64,000 bases of DNA from Candidatus Omnitrophota bacterium (GCA_050250375.1 JBFWOS010000001.1:471090-535089); one strand, 5' to 3'. Numbered from the stretch's first letter, positions 47,801-57,418 are shown. The notes: a model not told the origin generated them from the letters alone. Program-made: numbers and translations.

Positions 47801-50267
47801 TATTACTTTTTCGATCAATCGTCTGTGTTTTGCCCGCATCAAAGGCATTCTTGATCCACCGATTAACACTAAAAAAGCGATTATCTTCCTCTTCGATATC
47901 ACGATGCGGGATTAATCCTAATTTTTTAGCCAAGTTCGCAGTTCTCATTTCGGATAAATCATTTTTGGCCAACATAGCTGTATCAGACGTTGAATCTTCT
48001 TCGTTAATAACTGTATATTTACTCCAAGATAGGCTATATCCCGCGACGAACTGTTCGAGAGGATTCGTAAAGACATTTTCATACGCACGGTCAACCAACT
48101 CTTCCCTTACTTCCAGAAACGGATCTTCGGTTTTGCTGGTTTTGGCCAGTTCCGGAATGATTCTGGACTGGACGTAACTTTGAATTTGCGTGATAAACGG
48201 CTTATAATCGCTTCGCTCTAAGGACACCTGGTTATAATCCACCTGTACCTGGCCCGTTAAGATAGAGCCAAAGCCGGCTTCGTCTAAAGCAGCATAAATA
48301 TCATCCTGGGTATTTGAAGTCGGGAAGGCTGATCGTTTCTTTTCACGAATCTCGGCAGTACCGTACTGATCCATATAATGCGTACGAACAGAATCATATT
48401 TTGAATCCATCGCGATCAAATTCATAACTTCCATGCCAACAAAATCGAATAATTGATGGACTCCAACAGCATTCTCGGGCAAAAGCGTTAAACCTTGAAT
48501 ATCGCCACTCCCCATCGTCAATGTTGCCCCGGGGTTCATGATGTCTTTGATACCTTTGAATGTGCGAACCAATTGGCTTTTGGGAATAAGATGCACAGCA
48601 TTTTCCATCATGATATGATCAGCTTTTAAATCCGGAATGTCCGAAACCGAAGCAAAGACTGGTGTTCCGGCAGAATCAATATCTGTTTGGGGAAGGATAT
48701 AAAATTCAATTTCATTAACGACATCGTCAAATTGTTGATATAGCGCGGCCCGGGCGTACTCCATATAAGCCCGTGATTGGCCATAGCCGACATCCGCTAA
48801 AACCAGTTTCTTAATTCGTTTACCTTCTTCCCTCAATCGGTTTAACAAATAGATTGAAGCGCCACCGGTGCCGGCCGATACATCCAGAACCACATCCTCG
48901 CCGGTAACACGGATGGATTGGACCACACTCTCCAGATCAAACGCCAAATTAGTTTGATACCAGTTCGCCTTGACCACCTTCTCACCATAAATGTATGCTC
49001 CACTTCCTACTCTGAATTTACCTTGATCCGGTTCAAGTCTTTCGACAAAAACATGATCATCCTCTATAACCCTGGCTTCTCCCGTCATGGCATTATCAAG
49101 CCTGACCGTCACATTTCGATTACCTGTTTCACTTAATTGGGTTAATTGTCTTGGAGTCAAATCGTTATGGGAAAAGATTGATTGATCAGGCGTATGGGTA
49201 AAGTCCCCTCCCCCGGAGAAATATTGTCGGGGAATCGCTTGTTGGGTGACGGGATCATAGTCTTCCTTTATGTAATTATAAACACCTTTCTTAAATGATT
49301 CGACATACTGATCATAAATCTTTTGATTTAAACTTTTATCTTGGGTTTCAATCCCGGCAGTCTTATTCCGATCGACATAGGCCTGGCCTATTAAACTTTC
49401 CTGCAAATTTTCTTTATACCAATTGGCAAGGATTACGGCATTATATATTTGACGAAGCTGGCTGAATGTTTTTCCCTGATTGATTTCTTTTTCAATCTCG
49501 GGGATCAAAACTTCCCGCACAACATCCAAAGATACTCCCGTTATAACATCAGCATCTTCCGCCGTCTGCCCATGCTTACCCACCGCTTGATTATTTTCGA
49601 GAGCAAGATAATCTTCCTCTAACAATACTTTTAGTTTACTTTCAACAATAACAGCGCTGTTCCCCTGTTCAAAAACAACGGCCTTTTCTGGAACAATCCA
49701 GATCTTATTAAATGTATTCATTGGTATTTCCGTAGTACCGAATTTCTCATAGGCCAACTGATGAACTTTCTTCCAGAATTCTTTACCGGTTTCATCTTCC
49801 GGATACATCATGGATGAAGTTAATTGCTTCAACATGTAATCTTGAGCTAAAAGATCAAGACCCATTTGAGTTTTACCAAAACTTTCCGGAACCATCCGAT
49901 TTTCTTCAAAAGGGGATAAATTAACCCAAAGTTCATTTTCGGGGATTGTTAAAGAGGCAAGAAAATATTTTATGAGCCGGTTGGATTCTTGCTGAAACTG
50001 ACTGTCATTAAGATTTTCTTCTCCCGGATTTATAATAAAACTCATCTGCAACGGATCGTTAGGATGGATCGTAATTCCTTTAATGATTGGCGGTGTATAT
50101 ATTCCAGTCGGGACAACCAAAGTGCCTGGAACGGGCAAGTTCATCGCATTCGCCTGAAACACTTGCGCATAGGAGGGGGGAATCACTGAAGTCACACCAA
50201 ACGCAGTTAAAATAAAACTATTGATGATTTTGCAAATCAGACCGTTTTTAAAATTGGAAAAACTCAT
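41865..50267 (-). CDS. Giant 2800-aa modular protein: signal peptide and N-terminal domain, SAM methyltransferase, PEP synthase-like enzyme with a degenerate partial duplication, small unknown module, C-terminal GGIDL domain
   Basis: PSYA|Q signal-like N-terminus; VLDVSAGTG; AIRSSGKAED, AGQHDSY, YGIGESIVQG..TPD, GGATSHAAVMSRELGI, SFGTNDLTQ and CGQ. D-x-[AS]-M occurs at the module junctions. Confidence 0.85.
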   Translation of the reverse strand: MSFSNFKNGLICKIINSFILTAFGVTSVIPPSYAQVFQANAMNLPVPGTLVVPTGIYTPPIIKGITIHPNDPLQMSFIINPGEENLNDSQFQQESNRLIKYFLASLTIPENELWVNLSPFEENRMVPESFGKTQMGLDLLAQDYMLKQLTSSMMYPEDETGKEFWKKVHQLAYEKFGTTEIPMNTFNKIWIVPEKAVVFEQGNSAVIVESKLKVLLEEDYLALENNQAVGKHGQTAEDADVITGVSLDVVREVLIPEIEKEINQGKTFSQLRQIYNAVILANWYKENLQESLIGQAYVDRNKTAGIETQDKSLNQKIYDQYVESFKKGVYNYIKEDYDPVTQQAIPRQYFSGGGDFTHTPDQSIFSHNDLTPRQLTQLSETGNRNVTVRLDNAMTGEARVIEDDHVFVERLEPDQGKFRVGSGAYIYGEKVVKANWYQTNLAFDLESVVQSIRVTGEDVVLDVSAGTGGASIYLLNRLREEGKRIKKLVLADVGYGQSRAYMEYARAALYQQFDDVVNEIEFYILPQTDIDSAGTPVFASVSDIPDLKADHIMMENAVHLIPKSQLVRTFKGIKDIMNPGATLTMGSGDIQGLTLLPENAVGVHQLFDFVGMEVMNLIAMDSKYDSVRTHYMDQYGTAEIREKKRSAFPTSNTQDDIYAALDEAGFGSILTGQVQVDYNQVSLERSDYKPFITQIQSYVQSRIIPELAKTSKTEDPFLEVREELVDRAYENVFTNPLEQFVAGYSLSWSKYTVINEEDSTSDTAMLAKNDLSEMRTANLAKKLGLIPHRDIEEEDNRFFSVNRWIKNAFDAGKTQTIDRKSNIRAILNDSRVKVVLANNGVDITRLGSLLEGIQIVAVEDLKNGSPALVMRKSDQYQVAHVGLSNKTIYIGAGLIQDLKVSGDEQMLDYLLLREFVAYMMASDVYDGQPQNYDLAVETGETKAEKIEKELVDNRLDEVIKQAVGRFLDRYYQDLLQKNVVWDYESSILDEVRGKELVGGKTYQQGVYWSDDPNNNLRSFGGTTTASTKFMKFHPDLLPQIDAILDNLDVADDFGRVQAEEQIRKLVVSYDIPEDIQKDLREAYTELVNLTSQELVAIRSSGKAEDNAYAFKVLTNVNVGSNAGQHDSYLGEGGEEATVRRWRDDISSLYTEQVLKYRDTLMVIVSFDEILTEKERAAEIIEKLNQSSNAVDLLVGEALRDHNFNIVTSVKLRDALLRNGFSHEAGIVSKNRKFYLDVENIAMGVTVMPMAGVDSSFVIMGHDIASEWTALGFQGIPKEQYSNRGRVATITTNYGIGESIVQGVTTPDSFLVHIFEDETGQHVNILNRQLGTKTVQAVYTFPVYERLGLSDESFERYLILLETGNVSGPLVGVKNGVENDQIYNVLQRLVKLTVDSTINEISKEDLESFTYSQEEVKLLIHLLKARLKDREIKTMFTDVSEEKRNSFSVTESQVIAIAKEFMKKAEGYGHLVDMEGAIGRNFGRDNTAVTVQRRPSNVHGDVKEANRIKISYTYVKEKDLESIQKKKDPVLDDSGKETGLILGQLVAQGIATRNSFSGIIYRITEDKSLPSQFEEIKALALSGEKIIIRTRETTPDYNAVLQTKNVMGVIADVGGATSHAAVMSRELGIATVVGIQTWVNKLESEVGVEEATKIINYINTTGNVVTVDANANEKTGFGMVYAGELPISKRDIEINLDRLPEIYTRIGYIMGMPHPMLAMSKISQYKGFSGVALMRGEFAYAEENINPRFGRAYDNLLVYHYLRTKKDNPPARRYNKGLSDAERAALEKFRAHLTSRSKLRDSGVEVLFDESELKIKEFEDTNARAFLESLGEYEQKDVELIREHSGEIEAATKQMLGYLSYNEFFEAVHGGAIASMAAANNVDDNTVLYRSIDFKKNEARELIGSIIFDPVPEVSTMIGERGARWLLQPENEIILREEIRMILRQVVRGYNNIGFFFPFVSTPGELDQLMNILDEEERNMSKQLGRVVNLREVGQMTELPSNVIQADEFIQVLKDHEQNQKDWFVREFGKTIYRKSFLSFGTNDLTQLTLGADRDNPAMRYLFSEAHPFVIESIRHVANIAKEAEAKCGLCGQALVNLVNINPEAAETILIMLGQTGGYAGTDYLGTLASIIRSASATLKHGVVDSPVELEEGAVNFAIGEQFSSTVSKGAATRPVYMVNGVTELGKSYIGDFVVLTGELKFELKESSHVVDGKVVVNYQVADEGVREKLSRLGAVIYGAVEHFHGQEKYIAAIEQLGVPVIRTQVEVTKRMERRKKDGDLLTIDFNSGIIFRDRQDVRVNVVDLASEIEVMEESVDTISVNFNQRFSSSNFHKEQGVHPLSYFVGENSQARKETLKKLLKEKILTEIKDRQSRLVYETFDLQSDDLDALDNHEAFLSEEVNPALGYSGLDALVNDAKWKQLFQLEMEVVSELMNDGYNIAIQLNSVKVPETIEKALDVITRVGIEIDSQVGMNTAWPGNYLFLEQFLDKGLSFVTLDERKLAQAYLSADLYKNPRVIDFYTKEKVMPNLRRPIAMIKRAAAERNVVIQTIDYDQAVKQDQSMLSEDFVMLLEDAIANPGEGESFQWEKEEVILLSLNKEYVLAHRAEFTEGIRALRESLLKERKINLESGLSFGALETVAGRDRAYVILAAGKLLGLWNIYPDDQLSGALVALTYQADPSGINYPAIANVNREAIGVSDAAMTANKKELGGIDLDPNLFEIERKGDGSLIFPKFNGSINTININGLIPVIINVTPINSLPLLLGFSDTTEDESNTISYDSLNPRDRKAKREIDQLSSIVN

Positions 50268-50440
50268 GAATTACACCCCTTTTTTCTTTAATCGTTTCAA
50301 TCAGGATATCTTTAAAAATAAAATTACCGCCTGAGACAAAAAAAATCAGACAGAATCAAAAAATATTTGATCTGAAACTAAAGTTTTGAAATGTAATTCT
50401 GAATTGATTGGGGAATGTTGTCTTTTTTAAAGACAAAATT

Positions 50441-50468
50441 AGTATACTATATTAATTTAATTAGTCAA
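50441..50468 (-). promoter_or_regulatory. Putative sigma70 promoter of the giant gene
   Basis: TTGACT-16 nt-TATACT downstream of the groEL terminator. An SD AGGGGTG precedes the ATG at 50267. Confidence 0.6.
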
Positions 50469-50532
50469 TGGGAATTACTATGACTTACCCGGACAGCTGT
50501 TAGCTCTAATTTAAAAAAGTTATTTTTCTCAT

Positions 50533-50569
50533 AAAAAAGGGCAAGGATTATTATAAATCCTTGCCCTTT
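50533..50569 (-). terminator. Intrinsic terminator of groESL
   Basis: 14-bp stem aaagggcaaggatt / aatccttgcccttt ending in a T-tract on the minus strand. Confidence 0.9.
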
Positions 50570-50602
50570 AATAACTTAAATTAAACTTCGATCAAGAAGT
50601 TA

Positions 50603-52270
<1,668 letters not shown>

Positions 52271-52300
52271 TTAAAATTCAATACTTTTGATTAATATGTT

Positions 52301-52591
52301 TTATCTGACTACAGCGAAAACATCATCTTCGCGCATGATTAAGAGTTCTTCACCCTCGTTTGTTGTTATTTCAGTGCCGCTGTATTTTCCATACAGAACA
52401 CGATCGCCCTTTTTTAATTCCAGAGCTTTTACTTTACCATCATCACCAACTTTTCCTTTTCCTACAGCAACGACTTTACCTTCTTGCGGTTTTTCCTTAG
52501 CTGTTTCCGGAAGAACAATACCACCTTTTGTTTTTTCTTCTGCCTCTAAAGGCCGTACAATGATTCTGTCTGCTAATGGTTGAATATCCAT
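52301..52591 (-). CDS. groS: Co-chaperonin GroES
   Basis: PLADRI, GGIVLP, KEKPQEG and KYSGTE motifs. Confidence 0.98.
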   Translation of the reverse strand: MDIQPLADRIIVRPLEAEEKTKGGIVLPETAKEKPQEGKVVAVGKGKVGDDGKVKALELKKGDRVLYGKYSGTEITTNEGEELLIMREDDVFAVVR

Positions 52592-52646
52592 TCCTTTTTT
52601 CCTCCTATTGATAAAGGTTTAAACAGATTTATTAAAAAACTTTCTT

Positions 52647-52673
52647 TTAGCACTATCATCCTAAGAGTGCTAA
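52647..52673. promoter_or_regulatory. CIRCE element (HrcA operator) upstream of groES
   Basis: TTAGCACTA-N9-GAGTGCTAA, one mismatch from TTAGCACTC-N9-GAGTGCTAA. Confidence 0.95.
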
Positions 52674-52699
52674 TTTACCAAAGATTTGCATTTTGTCAA
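52672..52699 (-). promoter_or_regulatory. Sigma70 promoter of groESL
   Basis: TTGACA-16 nt-TAAATT with an extended TG, abutting CIRCE. Confidence 0.75.
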
Positions 52700-52764
52700 G
52701 CTGTTTTTTATGCAGTCGTAAATTGTCTAATTGTAGTTGTTTGTGGATCTAAACTGGAAAGGCG

Positions 52765-53535
52765 CTAATGTGATTGAGAATGCTTGTATAATAAAGCCAT
52801 ACCTTTAAAAACCAAAAAACGGTCAATCTTTGTAATTTTAGCTGCAATAAACCGCTTCATAACAGTGGTGTAACCGCCCGTAACAATAATTTTAGGATTT
52901 CCTTTCACATTGCTTGAAATCCTGTCAATTAATCCATTACACATTTCCCCATATCCGTAAAATATCCCGCTAAGGATACTCTCTTGAGTATTCTTACCGA
53001 TCAATAATTTTGGTGATTTAACGGATTCGACTCTCGGCAACAGGGCCGTTTTTAAATATAACGATTCTATTGATAGCCGTATTCCAGGGACAATCAAGCC
53101 TCCTTCATAATGGCCTTTGGAAGATAGAACGTCAAATGTGATCGCCGTCCCGAAGTCTATCACAATCGCCGGATATCCATACAACATTTTCACCGCATAG
53201 GCAACAATAAGACGGTCCTGCCCCACTTGCTTGGGATTGTGATATCTGTTTACAACCGGAACCTCCAAGTCTTTACCAACGACCCGGGCAGGAACACCCA
53301 GTTCTCTCTTTATCAAACGAACAATTAAATTCGTCTTGTCCGGCACGACACTACAAACTATTGCTTCAGAAATTTTAATCTTCCCTCGGAAAATAGTGGT
53401 TATAATTTTCTGGAACCTACCGCTTAGATCCTTGGCGGTCAGTTGCACGTCAAGATTGCCGACCCATTTTACCCGCATTCCATTCAGGAGTGCGACTGAA
53501 ATTGAGGTGTTACCGATATCGATAGCTAAGATCAT
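52765..53535 (-). CDS. coaX: Type III pantothenate kinase
   Basis: AIDIGNT, VGQDR, IDFGTAITFD and GGLIVPG motifs. Confidence 0.95.
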   Translation of the reverse strand: MILAIDIGNTSISVALLNGMRVKWVGNLDVQLTAKDLSGRFQKIITTIFRGKIKISEAIVCSVVPDKTNLIVRLIKRELGVPARVVGKDLEVPVVNRYHNPKQVGQDRLIVAYAVKMLYGYPAIVIDFGTAITFDVLSSKGHYEGGLIVPGIRLSIESLYLKTALLPRVESVKSPKLLIGKNTQESILSGIFYGYGEMCNGLIDRISSNVKGNPKIIVTGGYTTVMKRFIAAKITKIDRFLVFKGMALLYKHSQSH

Positions 53536-53640
53536 GATTCCTGCCCCGCTTCTTCATAAACATTTGGTTATTGATAAAAAATACCATTTTAATCATCCTG
53601 CATGGGACGTTGGCTTCCCAATTTGTTATAAATATTTTCC

Positions 53641-55665
53641 TTATGTCTTTCTCTTACGATTCTTTGGGGGACCCGATTTTTGAGAGCCCGCATCCATCCC
53701 CTCCTTGAGTTCCTGGATCTTATCACGAATACGAGCGGCTTTCTCAAATTGCAAATTTCTCGCTGCCGACTCCATCTCGCCTTCCAACTCAGACAAGAAA
53801 TTTGACAACGCATACTCCTCTTGTTTTTGTCCAACAACTCCCAGGATCGTTTCTTCAGCCTTTTCATAGGCCAAATCTTCAATTCCTTCCCGAATCATTT
53901 TCTTAATTGTTGATGGGGTAATGTTGTGTTTTTGATTAAAAGCACTTTGAATCTTTCTCCTGCGATCACACTCATACATGGTTGCTTTCATGGCTTCAGA
54001 GATGGTATCCGCATACATGATGACTAAACCATCAACATTTCGTGCCGCCCGTCCGGCTGTCTGAATTAAAGAAGTTTGTGACCTTAAAAATCCTTGTTTG
54101 TCGGCATCAAAAATTGCGACCAGGGTTACTTCGGGCAAATCCAATCCCTCCCTCAATAAGTTCACACCGACAAGACAATCAAACTTCTTTGTTCTGAGAT
54201 CTTTTAAGATTCTCGACCGGTCAATCGTATCAATATCAGAATGAAGATACTTGACGCTCAGACCTTGTTCGGTTAAATAATCGGTCAAATCCTCCGACAT
54301 TCGCTTAGTTAATGTGGTCACTAAAACACGTTGATTTATCTTAGAGCGTTTTTTTACCTCTTCAACCAAATCATCAACCTGCCCTTTAGTGGGCCTGACT
54401 TCTATCGGAGGATCAATAATGCCGGTCGGACGGATAATCTGTTCAATTATGTGCTTCCCGCTTATTTTTTTCTCATACAAACCCGGCGTCGCTGATACAT
54501 ATATTGTTTGATTGGTAATGGATTCAAACTCTTTAAATCTTAATGGACGATTATCCAAACAGGACGGTAGACGGAATCCATAATTAACTAATGTTTGTTT
54601 CCTGGCTTTATCGCCTTCATACATCCCGTTTAATTGCGGAATGGTGACATGCGATTCATCAATCAATGTTAAAAAATCTTGTGGGAAATAATCGATAAGA
54701 CAGTATGGCCTGCAGCCAGCGGGCCTCCCGGACAAAGATCGCGAATAATTTTCGATCCCGTGACAATAACCCATTTCTTTGAGCATCTCCAAGTCATAAC
54801 GCGTGCGCGAATTCAACCGCTGGGCTTCCGCATATTTCCCTTGGTCTTTAAACAACTTTAATTGACCCGTTAACTCTCCCTCGATTTCTTTCAAGGATTC
54901 TTCAATGCGAGGATGTGAAATAATAAAATGCTTGGCCGGATAAATGGCCACCTGGTCTAACGGCTGGATTTCGTTCCCTGAAACCGATTCAATCTGAGTA
55001 ATCTTCTCAATTTCATCTCCAAAAAACTGTACACGAACGGCATCCTGGCGATAAGCAGGGTAGATTTCCAATGTGTCGCCGCGCACGCGGACTTTCCCAC
55101 GGGAGAATTCATAGTCATTGCGTTCATACTGTATATCCACCAATCTTAAAAGAACTTCATCCCGGTCAATAACCTGACCAATCTTCAAGAAAAGCAGAAA
55201 CTCCTGATAATCCTGAGGAGATCCAAGATTATAAATACAAGACACGCTGGCAACAATAATGACGTCCCGCCTGGACATCAATGAAGTTGTCGAAGAAAGC
55301 CTGAGCCTATCCAGACGATCGTTGATGGAGGCATCTTTCTCAATATAAATATCCGTTTGAGGAATATATGCCTCCGGCTGATAGTAGTCATAATAACTCA
55401 CAAAATACTCTACTGCATTATGCGGAAAAAATTCCTTAAATTCGCTGTATAACTGGGCTGCCAAGGTTTTATTATGGGAAATAACCAGTGTCGGCCGATT
55501 GATTTTCTCGATCACATTGGCCAAAGTAAAAGTCTTACCACTCCCCGTAACACCTAACAGCACCTGGGATTTAATATTATTATTTATCCCCTCAACAAGT
55601 TTCCCAACCGCATCCAGCTGTTCGGTTACTGGTTTAAATTTACTCTCGAGCTTAAAGGATTCCAT
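53641..55665 (-). CDS. uvrB: Excinuclease ABC subunit B
   Basis: GVTGSGKT, YYDYYQPEAY, DESH, NLLREGLDLPEV and a C-terminal UVR domain. Confidence 0.98.
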   Translation of the reverse strand: MESFKLESKFKPVTEQLDAVGKLVEGINNNIKSQVLLGVTGSGKTFTLANVIEKINRPTLVISHNKTLAAQLYSEFKEFFPHNAVEYFVSYYDYYQPEAYIPQTDIYIEKDASINDRLDRLRLSSTTSLMSRRDVIIVASVSCIYNLGSPQDYQEFLLFLKIGQVIDRDEVLLRLVDIQYERNDYEFSRGKVRVRGDTLEIYPAYRQDAVRVQFFGDEIEKITQIESVSGNEIQPLDQVAIYPAKHFIISHPRIEESLKEIEGELTGQLKLFKDQGKYAEAQRLNSRTRYDLEMLKEMGYCHGIENYSRSLSGRPAGCRPYCLIDYFPQDFLTLIDESHVTIPQLNGMYEGDKARKQTLVNYGFRLPSCLDNRPLRFKEFESITNQTIYVSATPGLYEKKISGKHIIEQIIRPTGIIDPPIEVRPTKGQVDDLVEEVKKRSKINQRVLVTTLTKRMSEDLTDYLTEQGLSVKYLHSDIDTIDRSRILKDLRTKKFDCLVGVNLLREGLDLPEVTLVAIFDADKQGFLRSQTSLIQTAGRAARNVDGLVIMYADTISEAMKATMYECDRRRKIQSAFNQKHNITPSTIKKMIREGIEDLAYEKAEETILGVVGQKQEEYALSNFLSELEGEMESAARNLQFEKAARIRDKIQELKEGMDAGSQKSGPPKNRKRKT

Positions 55666-55674
55666 TTGGACACC

Positions 55675-55700
55675 AAAAAAAAAGCGGGTTTTTGGCCCGC
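55675..55700 (-). terminator. Intrinsic terminator-like hairpin immediately upstream of uvrB
   Basis: Minus strand reads GCGGG-ccaaaaa-CCCGC followed by T9. Confidence 0.7.
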
Positions 55701-55723
55701 CCTACGCAATAAAACTTGTTAGT

Positions 55724-56179
55724 TTATTTTATGTAATTCTTAATAACTGTAAATATTCTTTCTGAAGCGATGGGATGTTTATAATTTTTAAACTCAGCAA
55801 AAGCAATCGAATTCACAGTAAGATATCGAATCTCAACTTCGGTCTCATTCGGCTGACTGGTACTTCTCAAATAAATATTAACTCTGGCAAAGCGTGTACC
55901 TAAAAATAACGGTAAATCTTTAATGTCTGAGAACAATAACAACTGCTTACCATTTGGATCTTTAATAGCGCTATGTTCAAATACATTTGGATCAGACATT
56001 GATACGATCTCCCACCCCGCTTCATTCAACGCCTTGGTAGTGGCTTCCAATGTCTTTTCAAAATTGGCATAAAGAACCTGTTTATAGGGATTCTCATCCT
56101 TAATATATTTGGGGACATTTACGGTTGAACACCCCAACAAACAACCCGTCATTAATAATGATAAAAATCTTCTACGCAT
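55724..56179 (-). CDS. Lipoprotein of unknown function (probable start 56179)
   Basis: MRRRFLSLLMTGCLLGC lipobox. Confidence 0.7.
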   Translation of the reverse strand: MRRRFLSLLMTGCLLGCSTVNVPKYIKDENPYKQVLYANFEKTLEATTKALNEAGWEIVSMSDPNVFEHSAIKDPNGKQLLLFSDIKDLPLFLGTRFARVNIYLRSTSQPNETEVEIRYLTVNSIAFAEFKNYKHPIASERIFTVIKNYIK

Positions 56180-56198
56180 ATGTAATTTTAAAAGGAAA

Positions 56199-56513
56199 TT
56201 AACAAATCTTGCCATGTTTATACGGCCGGGATTTATTTTTTATTGATTTTCTGACGATTTCCTCTTCGATATCAATACCTAACCCCCCGCACAGGTCAAA
56301 CAAACGGATAAATGCATCGGCGATTTCTTCTTTAAAATTTGCAGTATCCTTAATACGATGCCCCTCCATCGCTTCGGCCAATTCGGTGACAACCAGCATC
56401 AATGCCTCTCCAATATTTCTTTCCTGATCCCAAAATCCCTTTTCTTTGGCGATGCCATGGCATATTGCACACATTTCTGAAATCGTTTTCCCTTTCAATT
56501 CAGTTTCTTGCAC
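56199..56513 (-). CDS. MazG-like nucleotide pyrophosphohydrolase (probable GTG start 56513)
   Basis: KGFW, LVVTELAEAME, EEIADAFIRLFDL and RPYKHGK motifs; SD GGAGG before the GTG. Confidence 0.85.
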   Translation of the reverse strand: MQETELKGKTISEMCAICHGIAKEKGFWDQERNIGEALMLVVTELAEAMEGHRIKDTANFKEEIADAFIRLFDLCGGLGIDIEEEIVRKSIKNKSRPYKHGKIC

Positions 56514-57216
56514 GGAAGACCTCCATATCTTTAGGTAATTTTGAACTGACTTTAATCTTTTGACTGGTGACTGGATCGACCCATTCCAGTGATGCTGCAT
56601 GCAGGGCTGTCCGGTTGAATTTTAACGGAAAGCGGCGAACAATGGAATACTTTCTGTCCCCAACAATCGGGTGCCCCACTTGGCTGAACTGAATGCGGAT
56701 TTGGTTTGTTCGGCCCGTAATCGGTTGAACTTCTACTATACTGAACTGTCTTTTTTGTTCCAAAACACGAAAATGCGATTTTGCAAACTTAGGCGACTTT
56801 TGCTTATTATACTTTAAATGGTCAACATCTGAAATAAAACCTTGAATCTCTCCCGCATTTCTTTTTAAATTCCCTTGGACAAAAGCGATATATTTCTTTC
56901 CTACTTCCTGCTTCTTAAACAAATCCATCATAGTCTGTTGATACTTTTTGCCTTTAGCAAACATAATTACACCCGATGTTTCCCGGTCAAGGCGATGGCA
57001 TGGATGTAACTTGAAAGACTGGGCGAATTCCTGAAATTGCCGATTAACGGCAGCCACCATTGTCGTTGTTTCATTTCTGGGAGATGGAATCACAATCATC
57101 CCTGACGGCTTATCAAATATCACCACAATATCATTTTCAAAAAGAACAGGGATTTTATTCTTGATTATTCTCGAAGGCGCAGTCTCACCTTCCAGATCAT
57201 TCCGTTTGCGATTCAT
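56500..57216 (-). CDS. RluA-family RNA pseudouridine synthase (probable start 57216)
   Basis: DKPSG, HRLDRETSG, TGRTNQIR, GHPIVGD and LHA motifs. Confidence 0.93.
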   Translation of the reverse strand: MNRKRNDLEGETAPSRIIKNKIPVLFENDIVVIFDKPSGMIVIPSPRNETTTMVAAVNRQFQEFAQSFKLHPCHRLDRETSGVIMFAKGKKYQQTMMDLFKKQEVGKKYIAFVQGNLKRNAGEIQGFISDVDHLKYNKQKSPKFAKSHFRVLEQKRQFSIVEVQPITGRTNQIRIQFSQVGHPIVGDRKYSIVRRFPLKFNRTALHAASLEWVDPVTSQKIKVSSKLPKDMEVFRARN

Positions 57217-57418
57217 TTTCTGGGGACAATCTATCTTCAATAATCGCAATTAAATAATTTAACTTTCGAATCAATACAATCGGAAACACGATAAACCACA
57301 TTAACAAAAATGTTTGTAATATCATCGCAAAATATAACTGTCCTTCCGTCAAGGGGACGCTCATCGTATGTTCCATTGTGAGTTTATAAAAATATCATTA
57401 TTAAATTTAAAATAGAAT

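Noticed and set aside
41865-50267. The giant ORF as an assembly chimera or an intein-containing ppsA
   Set aside because: It is a single uninterrupted frame with its own promoter and SD and regular junction motifs. No intein C/S...HN signature or LAGLIDADG motif was seen. Read-level confirmation is still advisable.
53589-53882. 97-aa ORF overlapping the end of uvrB
   Set aside because: It is an alternate frame of the uvrB C-terminus with no motif support.
57250-57418. c-di-GMP riboswitch near the PilZ genes
   Set aside because: Two short hairpins are visible, but there is no GGCAAA...GAAA...GACGCAAA c-di-GMP-I signature.
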